A stretch of 64,000 nt of DNA from Patescibacteria group bacterium. Its GTDB lineage: Bacteria; Patescibacteriota; Patescibacteriia; SG8-24; DYFX01. The notes below the pieces were generated by a model, which worked only from the letters and a program-made list of their open reading frames with translations, ran no database searches and had not been told where the DNA came from. A program made the position numbers and the translations under genes. The stretch is taken from assembly GCA_041659045.1 (NCBI GenBank), contig JBAZZB010000003.1, forward strand, positions 28,212-92,211, read 5' to 3'. Numbering within the stretch: position 1 is the first letter of the stretch; every line of letters starts with the position of its first letter. Of this stretch, positions 39,601-45,073 are shown one piece after another.

Positions 39601-40923
39601 GCGAAGTTGCACGTCGGTGATCTGCGGATTCTCGACGCACTGGCCGTTCTGGCAGAGACCGGAAGAGCATTGGCTGTTGTCGGTGCAGCTGCCGCCGGTG
39701 CAGGCACCGCATGAACCACCGCAATCGACCGCGACTTCGTCTCCATCGCGTACATTGTTGAAACAGAATTGCGGGCGCACCGTCACACGCACCGCGCTCG
39801 AACGCGCTTCGTCGCCGTCGATGTTGACCGCGCGAGCCGAGAGAGAAACCGTTCTGACCGGTGCTAGGCCTGTGGTGTCCCACACCGACTGGCTCGAATA
39901 CGTTGAAGGCGCGATGTTTTGAACGTTGCCGTCCGCCGTGAAGAAAGCGCCATCCGCCGAATATTCAACCGTCGCGATACCGCTTTCGTCGGTAGCGATC
40001 GCTTGGATCGGCACGAGGTCGCCGGCCGGAACGGACTGGCCGTCGGTCGGGCTGGAAATCGTAATCGTCGGCGGTTCCGTCATGACGGTTTCGCCGGTTC
40101 TGAAACTCCGCGAGCACATCGCGCCGAGGCCACAGCTCACCGTGCGCGGATCAGACGTCGAAGCATTGCGGAGTCCCGCGCGCACCGTGATCTGGTAGTC
40201 GGTGTTTTGTTCGAGACAGCGGCGATCAGCGTTCGGTGCCGGGCACGGCGTTACCGGACGCAAACGAATCGTAAAATTTTCAACAACGGGTTCGTAGTCG
40301 ACGCTCGTGCGCGTTGTGCCTTCAACCTTCTCAAGAAGAATGTTGGCGCGAATGTTGGTCGCGTCATCGGTCGGCGCGGCGCTGAAGGTCACGGCCGCCG
40401 TGACGTCGTATTTCGGAAGCGAGCCGCTCGGCTGAATCGCCGTCGGTCGGAAAGCACCACCGGAACCGCCACCAAAACCGCCTCCCCCGCCTCCGCCGCC
40501 GCCAGGACCGCCACCGCCAGGGCCACCCGTCGTCGCACTGATCAGCGAACTCAGAACGTAGGAAACGATCGCGAAGGCCGACATGATAATGACGAGTCCG
40601 ATCACCGCGCCCGAGAGCGTTTTCTTCGCGCGCGTGATTTTGGTCTCATCCCCCGCCGCCGTCATCCAAGTGAAACCCGCGTACAAAACAAGAAGCAGTG
40701 CGATCGTGCCGAGAAGGCCGAGCCCTACGCGAATGATGCGAGCGATCGTGATGCGAATGTCGGTCGTGCCGGTTCCAAGCTCCGCGCCAATTTGGCCCGG
40801 AAGAATCTCGTTCGAGGTCACGCCCTGCGCGTTTACCACGCCATGAGACGCAAACCACAAGCACGGCGCGAGAAGCGCCAGGCTGATGATCCATGATCGA
40901 TGACGTCGGAAGAACGCGCGCAT
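30661..40923 (-). CDS. giant secreted/surface protein (3420 aa): pilin-like two-helix N-terminal module, Gly-rich linker, IPT/TIG-like and Ig-like domains, at least 15 Cys-rich CGNG...GE.CD repeats
   Basis: Single uninterrupted ORF in the track. N-terminus has a signal peptide, two hydrophobic helices and a poly-Gly run. IPT/TIG-like units (e.g. PQITDVQLRDGRPGNLVTITGDRFG). Repeats such as CGNGSTGVGEACDDGNTQDGDGCSSRCVLE resemble the Myxococcus-type cysteine-rich repeat. Confidence 0.8.
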   Translation of the reverse strand: MRAFFRRHRSWIISLALLAPCLWFASHGVVNAQGVTSNEILPGQIGAELGTGTTDIRITIARIIRVGLGLLGTIALLLVLYAGFTWMTAAGDETKITRAKKTLSGAVIGLVIIMSAFAIVSYVLSSLISATTGGPGGGGPGGGGGGGGGFGGGSGGAFRPTAIQPSGSLPKYDVTAAVTFSAAPTDDATNIRANILLEKVEGTTRTSVDYEPVVENFTIRLRPVTPCPAPNADRRCLEQNTDYQITVRAGLRNASTSDPRTVSCGLGAMCSRSFRTGETVMTEPPTITISSPTDGQSVPAGDLVPIQAIATDESGIATVEYSADGAFFTADGNVQNIAPSTYSSQSVWDTTGLAPVRTVSLSARAVNIDGDEARSSAVRVTVRPQFCFNNVRDGDEVAVDCGGSCGACTGGSCTDNSQCSSGLCQNGQCVENPQITDVQLRDGRPGNLVTITGDRFGSTAGTVTFLGTAAAGDDQVATVAQCANAWSDNRIVVLVPQGAVTGPIRVAASGGRQDATNDAYGPIITDFQVNDVARPGICSVAPASVKTGNTVVVTGLAFGAAQGDSRVQITRAGADCSQIQDWTTAAEASQVSPWSETSFSPTIPNVETDFDGSNFLLRVTVAGQPSNTACLRVEPPEAGTEPRVEFITPEDGSVGTYVSLFGSNFGSGGTVRFRNAAGEAVGDISFPAQCAAGYWTNASVTVKVPARFTTPADTAVALGAYNVTVVRSDGRVSNAIPFTINTDPLTPGLCRVDPDNGPIGTAVTLYGDGFGTISGADLPAFITAHPDAVRFNDNINASSIGQWQSSSIAASVPDGATTGPVRVRTFVGATPAESNGVNFQIRDCRESGGDASCGSGRSCCDDGACRASCGAAAAAGGFAWQFSTGPIPVFPIVMENATCQATAPSAMPSPNPFKGMTDVCTDMGTMTARFSLPMDPATFNAANVVFEACGTGATISTTCSAVAGAGAPSLLDYDTDGRSQLVLPVNGLAPNTWYRLTIRDQVRSLGTAERGAQVLDGNFDGRAGGAYVTSFKTGAGPCVISGVDVQPTSALIAAADETKDYQAFPLSSRCIILSCAGRTVNWASTDPGKATIVSLGGSRQCEAVATPVSETDPGPPIQIRSTVDGFADSGLLTVDYANPRVVEYGPHDCNEACVNTVGFAYFNTPMAESGPSSILSNVRLYRCRNESCLTFEGEVPLAPNYNAPARLLSFGNVALAPNTWYRAVILGTAQSTSQAPLTGLNYSGNAFSWIFRTRLSGDPCGPQSVTLAPQQTTLRYIGEVSPITAMPLSSPDTCAANGQMLNASSYNWAWSKAQNPASPVSIRLLPDVPPGTLLNTNPILPAGCSTNCLMTGSQPAGTPSCGNGTLERGEACDTPGLNGCNANCLSTGNTLTNGCGDSTVQADRGEECDAGAANGTAAAGCTTSCLLVGSTPGLSACGNGSTGVGEACDDGNTQDGDGCSSRCVLEGSRQNVYVCGNGLLETPGEQCDYILGAGGLATQLLIAGRPPAALGATDERNPTRPNFACGQSCLLRGNPVTCTAGTNCCGNGVIEPAKGENCDAAAKNGDASSGCSTRCTRTGSDPELRAYCGDTVISMQPADPLTNAQNGGGEECEALALDANIDPMQVIEARNQCDARNNCSASVTAAIGTVSGQGSVNVECSCRADSDCSAFGPNLSCGAGACCFPRPDAPDINPKGGNECRNVQISVEFGEEMNTGSLQGGLVVESCPSHAFNEKGPRSWFARAASSVGRFFRSLVGMEASASHICAPIEGAFTHVNVTAPDASVRTISTFAPKQMLSPNRLYRVTARGGATGVKTIKGVGYPEGANTVQDFTTGSDVCRFDVVQTSPATELIQDSAIPLTITATAMTDRGGRLEAISPVPGVYDWSWSWANIPESATVGPILDMTAVAGAPSTIVQAKKGLNGQEQVAATARITTDTALTPTTAGQDKVGKSTITVMLCQMPWPRRDVSTGAWAPYVDPQTHFEFYYCRDNAGAALPELMSAPTQGQSVGGSGLLRFCAATTDFSQSRACTTNADCNAGDTCRSKDLLYRFQSEWKVSDAIGVRVYENSDRLTPQEWYVAQRFSGKTQSATVDGYMAIKDERTVYIGAADKYGDPDLRSYIYVFAFNDHADPRTAEIFNRLVSNINFNTNLVPSDRVTNVCKNAAGELLHLTAENTAPITCSSNLDCDRALPNGPAGMRCDADKDKIRRDMRRWQDMRVIEQSLETSREQTGFYPKLESGSFVRGFTTSKWPSWSQQLGGAGSVVDPINAFNRCEAFGSECSISRVACSVNSDCTGGAGDVCRATFEAETCYNDKIGIFACPANSHVYQYRAIGGIDYRMAVDFEYVTYQWLGTSCSSKPSAFACDAALGCSWVPSGPTTGSCQTRITISPVCSGQPSTAPRACLATGASCTSSSQCAPQDACMPVGVPLVGPAAGGACGNGLLEGTEECEVGMTRNVACASGGQDFETCNAACTWQVQTACPGAAACGNGSLESFAGESCDDGAQNGQYGRCRSGSLGCVKRCVNIAKRASFDGNCADGSCDLGQACSTNSDCSGLPYPSVCTDRMNFCGDGVKNGSEVCDDGARNGEYGFCAWDCRGPGPRCGDGSTNGGEQCDANQTSTQGVCVPTGFSLVDTNTAPRDFASCARTSDCATGETCSLCAATTGGLPQTRTKSCKAATEPVGDACTFNDWSICRPSGACGNGVVEGAEQCDAGAANSPNGTCLATCRLNVCNDGFVRTGVEQCDNGTANGVLCTPQYGSVCNYCKNDCSIETISGAFCGDRTISAPPETCDPGPVTAWCSRTYQNPSDTSGVKGCTTNNDCLPGVCRNYPGASTSTSAAPASSTFARSDVEIPMFGPLGEAARRFAGSIVTFATCGPGECNAGVPGDTTPPAIGAITTAPTSPTTNDSVVITVSDVTDAAALVDNIDIYLTTAAVQVLRTTCRFNPRLATAACSVNVGQLSAGIHTITINAFDGNGNMSARTQNLVVTTATTPPDRADTGFDGTGLELDPGTYAPYTGTGTAAPEGAPCRAAGDCAAGQYCQGGEGQCIAYNTQCQPEPYTNTQAAATARKCKVNGRLCTSDAECGANGPCVAYRLDGSCNYCSNACFGTNAKSAAFCGDGVKQGLFGEQCDGQGDPEARGQGTTYVCRNDCVYDPNGGYCGDNTIQSTYGEVCDTNRFAGGAAPSCASQGAGTAGQVLCSRGCGLYTGGCDNGTLLPGDFRFKISWPTPHTAANEVDLYVKAVYSSGPLAGQTRYFGWKDGSPDTRYVGNGNFSTDHIQLFWDVTGGTHATDPEIMVLSTQSLPQGTYHVFANGGSCFVDGNYGLAPLFDRNTGWWKGASSTIKGNSIFTIEAGSAASVSGITTGTTRTLTSVSDISGNPCMWYIGRIDKTASSTEGRFTLKNKYVNRADGPNAND

Positions 40924-40926
40924 AGG

Positions 40927-42708
40927 TTATGGGAGGAAGCCGCAAGCGACCTGTGAAGGCACGCCATTGCAGCAATACGGTTCAGTTCCGGTACAGACCG
41001 TCTGGCCGCCGCCTGGGTAGAAGCAGTTCTGGCGCAAATCGCGCAGGCCGGAGGTGAGGTTGATGGCGTACGGCTGGTTGATCGACAGAAGATCGTGATC
41101 AATGATGCCTTTCGTTTGATCTGGATCACCACCAACGACGGAAGAAATCGCTTCGGTCTCGATCGAGTAGTTCGTCGGGGCACCATTCGCTCCCGGCACG
41201 AGCCTGGCATTATCCGTCGTGAAGCTCGTCGAGCTCATGAGTTTCGAGAACGTCACCGCCATCGCGAGATCGCGCGCGATGTTGCCCTGCAGCACCGCCG
41301 GTTCCTGAGAGACAACTTTCGGCGGCACGAGATCGATCTCGTTGGACGTGCGGAAGTCAGACGTGTAGTCGTCATCGGGAGAACCTTGCGCCGTACCGTT
41401 GCCGTTACCATCGAGCGCGTTACCCGCCATGTCGGTGATGCCGTTGGGAGGATAGATGCCGAGCGGCGGAGTCGATGTCAGCGCGTCGGTGCGCACGCGT
41501 ACGTTGATTTGTTGGTTGCCTGGGAGGCAGAACACTTCTTCGCCGCAAGAGTTCGTGCCGCAAGCTTCGTTGGTGTGGAATTCGACGGTGCGATAGGCGT
41601 TACCGATCTGCTGCACGCCCGGAACGACGTTGCCGCCCGTGCGCGTGATCGAGAGGCCGGAGGTCACACTGACCGGATCAACCGCTTCATCGAACGTCAC
41701 CTGGACCAGCGAGTTGCGCGGCACGCCACTCGCGCCGTCGTTCGGGATGACGTAGGAAACTTTCGGCGGCGTAAGGTCGAGCACTGTTGAAACCTGGAAC
41801 TCCCAGAGATACCCGGAGTTGAAAGTGCCCGTGAAAGCCGGAGCGCCTCCTTCGCGGCGCACGCCGTCCGTACCACCGCGGAGACCGATCGTATAGAAGA
41901 CGTTTTCTGATGGGCTGCCGAAGCAGTTCGTCGGACAATTGCGCTGCACAAACGTCACGCTGCGACCATCAGCGGAAACAGCGACGTCGATATCGGCAGA
42001 CGTCAGGCTCTGTGAGAATTTTTGCGCGAATTGGTTCGACGAAGTAACGTCAGCGGATTTTGAAATCGCGACCGTTGCGTTCGCGCCACCAACGACGATC
42101 GAAGCAGGGTCGATGCGTTGCTTGAATGTGACGACGACACGCGTGTTGCGCGCGACACCTGTCGCGTTGCGATTCGGATAATGGCTCTCAATAATACCGT
42201 TACCGAGCGCGCCAGCCGGGCAGGTTGCCGAAAGGCCGATGCACGCACGATCGTCCGGCGCGCTGGAGCCGCTGCCCGGGCCTCCCCCGCCGGGGCCGCC
42301 GCCTTCAGCGAGCAAACGACTGATGACAAACGAGGTGATCGCAAAAGCAGACAACATGATGACCAACCCGATGACGGCGGACGTCAGGATTTTCTTGGCG
42401 CGATCGACCTTCTCGGGTTCGCCGGCGGCTGTCATCCAAATGAAGCCGGCGTACAAAATAAGGAGAAGCGCGATCGTGCCGAGGAAACCGAAGAATGCGC
42501 GAATAATACGGGCAATCGTCACGCGAATGTCGCCCGTGCCTGTTCCAATAACGTTTCCAAGTTCCGTCGGCAACACTTCATTGGCCGTCACCTGCGCTTG
42601 CGCCAGATGTGCAAAAGCGAAGGACGCAAAAACCACCAACACGAAACTGGCGACCGTGAAGGTGGCTTTAACGAGTACTTGGGAGAGTGACTTCCTTCCT
42701 GAGAGCAT
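40927..42708 (-). CDS. secreted protein (593 aa) with the same pilin-like N-terminal module followed by Ig-like domains
   Basis: About 70 % identity to the giant protein over the first 130 aa or so (...DIRVTIARIIR...GTIALLL.LYAGF.WMTAAG...RAKK.L..AVIGLVI..SAFAI.S.V.S.L..GGPGGGGPG). Ends 3 nt before the giant gene's start. Confidence 0.75.
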   Translation of the reverse strand: MLSGRKSLSQVLVKATFTVASFVLVVFASFAFAHLAQAQVTANEVLPTELGNVIGTGTGDIRVTIARIIRAFFGFLGTIALLLILYAGFIWMTAAGEPEKVDRAKKILTSAVIGLVIMLSAFAITSFVISRLLAEGGGPGGGGPGSGSSAPDDRACIGLSATCPAGALGNGIIESHYPNRNATGVARNTRVVVTFKQRIDPASIVVGGANATVAISKSADVTSSNQFAQKFSQSLTSADIDVAVSADGRSVTFVQRNCPTNCFGSPSENVFYTIGLRGGTDGVRREGGAPAFTGTFNSGYLWEFQVSTVLDLTPPKVSYVIPNDGASGVPRNSLVQVTFDEAVDPVSVTSGLSITRTGGNVVPGVQQIGNAYRTVEFHTNEACGTNSCGEEVFCLPGNQQINVRVRTDALTSTPPLGIYPPNGITDMAGNALDGNGNGTAQGSPDDDYTSDFRTSNEIDLVPPKVVSQEPAVLQGNIARDLAMAVTFSKLMSSTSFTTDNARLVPGANGAPTNYSIETEAISSVVGGDPDQTKGIIDHDLLSINQPYAINLTSGLRDLRQNCFYPGGGQTVCTGTEPYCCNGVPSQVACGFLP

Positions 42709-42736
42709 GGGACAGGAGGGTAGGTGATTCCCGGAA

Positions 42737-43192
42737 CTACGCTTTGTTTTGCAAGAACTCTTTGACCGCTTTGCCGACCGAGTTGCCGTCGGCTTTTCCT
42801 TTCAGTTCCTTCATGACCTCACCCATGAGGCGTCCGTAGGCAGCTTCTCCGGAGAGTCCGAGTTCAGCGGCTTTTTTGGCCACAGCGGCTTGGACTTCTT
42901 CTTCGGAGCACTGCGCGGGAAGGAACGTCGTGAGAAGCGCGAGTTCGACTTTCGTCGACTCGGCGAGATCCTGACGATCCGCTTTCTCGAAGTCCGAGAG
43001 CGCATCGCGCAGTTTTTTGACCTCGCGTCCGATGACCTCGAGAGCTTCTTCGTCGTTCAACTCTTTGGTTTGCTTGTCGATTTCGACGTTTTTCATCGCC
43101 GCACGGAGCATGCGGAAGGTCGAGACCGCCGAAGCGTCCTTGGCCTTCATTGCTTCCATGAACCGTTTTTCGATGTCGCTTCGGAGGGACAT
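42737..43192 (-). CDS. GatB/YqeY domain protein
   Basis: 151 aa; ...EEALEVIGREVKKLRDALSDFEKA...AEL...GKADGNSVGKAVKEFL matches the YqeY family. Confidence 0.85.
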   Translation of the reverse strand: MSLRSDIEKRFMEAMKAKDASAVSTFRMLRAAMKNVEIDKQTKELNDEEALEVIGREVKKLRDALSDFEKADRQDLAESTKVELALLTTFLPAQCSEEEVQAAVAKKAAELGLSGEAAYGRLMGEVMKELKGKADGNSVGKAVKEFLQNKA

Positions 43193-43236
43193 GTGGGTTT
43201 CACTAGGACCGGGTTCCGGTTTCAGCCGGAGGCGGT

Positions 43237-43482
43237 TTAACGGCGGCGCTTTTGCTTCAGGTCTTCTTCCTTCAACTTGCCGCTTTTGAGCAGATACTCG
43301 CGACGAGAGGCCAGGAACTGGCGGCGGAGCGCGGCGTCGCGCTGGCCATTCTTGTTCTTTTCAGCCGTGTGAAAACGAGTTTTCTTGGCTTGCAGAACGC
43401 GGCCGGACTGCTGAATGCGGCGGCTGAAACGACGAAGCAGAGCTTCAAAGCTCTCTCCCTTTTTGCGTTTGACTTCAACCAC
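43237..43482 (-). CDS. rpsU: 30S ribosomal protein S21
   Basis: (M)VEVKRKKGESFEALLRRFSRRIQQSGRVLQAKKTRFHTAEKNKN...; GTG start with GGAAGG 8 nt upstream. Confidence 0.85.
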   Translation of the reverse strand: MVEVKRKKGESFEALLRRFSRRIQQSGRVLQAKKTRFHTAEKNKNGQRDAALRRQFLASRREYLLKSGKLKEEDLKQKRRR

Positions 43483-43606
43483 AACAATACACCTTCCTTT
43501 CTACTTAAAAATAGTGAGACCGGGTCTCAGATATAAGATAGCAAGACTGTCGAATAAGGTCAACTTTGGAAGAAACGGGGCTGTCACAGTCTTTTTAGGC
43601 CGATAT

Positions 43607-43936
43607 TTACGCTGTTCCCCCGCCATTACCCTCCCTGCCTCTCCACCCCAGCAAGTACAGCAAGAACAAGGCACAGAAGTAGAAAGTCGTAAAATCAATG
43701 ATGAGACCGAACCAAAGGAGCTCGGTGGGGTTCTCCCATGGAGACGAGAATCGATAGAGGTGGGGAACGGTAAAATCAATCGCGGTGATGTCCTGTCGAA
43801 CAAAGTTGACCGGAAAGCCTTTTCCGACAGACCTCATTTCCCCTCTGCTTTGCAGAGTTATTGGCAACAACAGCTGCAGAAGCATAATCGCCACAGCGGC
43901 TATTGTTGCGAGTAGGTTCTTTGGTTTCACAAACAC
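43607..43936 (-). CDS. possible small membrane protein in the lower-GC insertion
   Basis: 109-aa ORF with two hydrophobic segments; lies in the AT-richer region next to the transposase. Weak. Confidence 0.25.
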   Translation of the reverse strand: MFVKPKNLLATIAAVAIMLLQLLLPITLQSRGEMRSVGKGFPVNFVRQDITAIDFTVPHLYRFSSPWENPTELLWFGLIIDFTTFYFCALFLLYLLGWRGREGNGGGTA

Positions 43937-44015
43937 GCAAAACGATAAACGGAAACAAACTCTTGATTCAGTACATGGTCAAAAGAACTTAACCAATGTT
44001 ACCTCTAGAGTCAAC

Positions 44016-44270
44016 CTATTTTTGTTCCTTTTTCAAGCCACTCATCAAGAGAAGACCTGAAACCAAGATCAACACCTCCTGTATCACAAGCACGTTCATT
44101 TTTCTGTTCTCTAAATGAGAGAAGTAATCAGGAGCTTCTTGAAAGTCATAACCATTAAGATTGTCCGAACGCCAGCTGTTGTACCAAACCTCATCGTGGC
44201 GAGAGAAGTTAAACCAAAGAGCAGTTACTGTGATAAACGCGATAGCAAACCTAACGTTAATCTTGCTCAT
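44016..44270 (-). CDS. possible small membrane protein in the lower-GC insertion
   Basis: About 84 aa from MSKINVRFAIAFITVTALWF... with a C-terminal TM. Weak. Confidence 0.25.
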   Translation of the reverse strand: MSKINVRFAIAFITVTALWFNFSRHDEVWYNSWRSDNLNGYDFQEAPDYFSHLENRKMNVLVIQEVLILVSGLLLMSGLKKEQK

Positions 44271-44289
44271 AGGAAAGTTATACACTTAG

Positions 44290-44351
44290 TATCCGTGCCT
44301 GACACCAGAGGGACAGCTTGTATCCGTGCCTGTCACCAGAGGGACAGCTTG
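44290..44351. repeat. two tandem 31-bp REP-like direct repeats
   Basis: TATCCGTGCCTGACACCAGAGGGACAGCTTG twice with 1 mismatch, immediately downstream of the transposase stop. Confidence 0.6.
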
Positions 44352-44378
44352 GATAGCATATCACGTGGGCTTTCAGGA

Positions 44379-44933
44379 TCAGACGGGGCGCGTTCGTGTG
44401 ATGGACTGGTGATACGCCTCCTGCCGATCTTCATTCGTGCGCCCCAATGTCGCATAGAAAGGATCGATCGTGACGAGATTGTCGCGCTCTCCAAGCGCGT
44501 AGGTTTTGTAGCTCGAATGTTTCCATTCCTCCGGCGTGCGTACCAACGCGGCACGAACCGGGTTCATCTCAATGTAGTTCCCGCAGGCGAAAAGGTAGGC
44601 GTCGGAACCGATCGGCAGACTCTTGTATCTTCCCTGCCAGGTATGGCCAACCCGCTTGTAGAGCCGATGGTGGCGTTTGGAATAGGTGCCTTGGACCCAT
44701 TGCATGAATACCGATAGCTGTTCGGCTTTTCCGACCAGAAGATGTGCGTGGTTCGGCATGAGCACATAGTGGTAGATGGCTACGCCGAACATGCCTTTGG
44801 CGGCCAATAGGAGGTCGTAGTAGGCGTCGTAGTCATCCGCGTCATGAAAGACGCGCATGCGATTGTTGCCGCGTACGATCAAGTGGTACACACCTTCATC
44901 GGTCACGAGTCCTGAACGTGGAATCCGCGGCAT
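44379..44933 (-). CDS. IS200/IS605-family Y1 (HUH) tyrosine transposase, RAYT-like
   Basis: 184 aa; HUH motif ...YVLMPNHAHLLV..., catalytic Tyr region ...GHTWQGRYKSL..., typical size. Confidence 0.85.
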   Translation of the reverse strand: MPRIPRSGLVTDEGVYHLIVRGNNRMRVFHDADDYDAYYDLLLAAKGMFGVAIYHYVLMPNHAHLLVGKAEQLSVFMQWVQGTYSKRHHRLYKRVGHTWQGRYKSLPIGSDAYLFACGNYIEMNPVRAALVRTPEEWKHSSYKTYALGERDNLVTIDPFYATLGRTNEDRQEAYHQSITRTRPV

Positions 44934-44979
44934 ATATCATGCCGCCTACAACAGATCTCTCTATTCACGCAAGTCTAAG

Positions 44980-45007
44980 GTGTCCCTTTGGTGTCAGGCA
45001 CGGACAC
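44980..45007. repeat. inverted copy of the REP-like repeat
   Basis: GTGTCCCTTTGGTGTCAGGCACGGACAC; its reverse complement matches the left repeats with 2 mismatches over about 25 nt. The ends form a GTGTCC/GGACAC hairpin. Confidence 0.55.
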
Positions 45008-45073
45008 TTAATACATAGCATGGCTTTACGCTTGGGTATAAAAAACCCCCGACATCACATCGGGGGAGTTTTT

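Larger units (their letters stand above)
44290..45007 (-). mobile_element. RAYT transposase flanked by inverted REP-like sequences (REPtron-like unit)
   Basis: Transposase bracketed by oppositely oriented REP-like repeats, embedded in a lower-GC segment (about 43.5-45.06 kb) between rpsU and hisS. Confidence 0.6.

Noticed and set aside
43193-43236. ACCGG-gtt-CCGGT hairpin between yqeY and rpsU as a terminator
   Set aside because: There is no T-tract on the relevant strand, and the flanking genes are probably co-transcribed.
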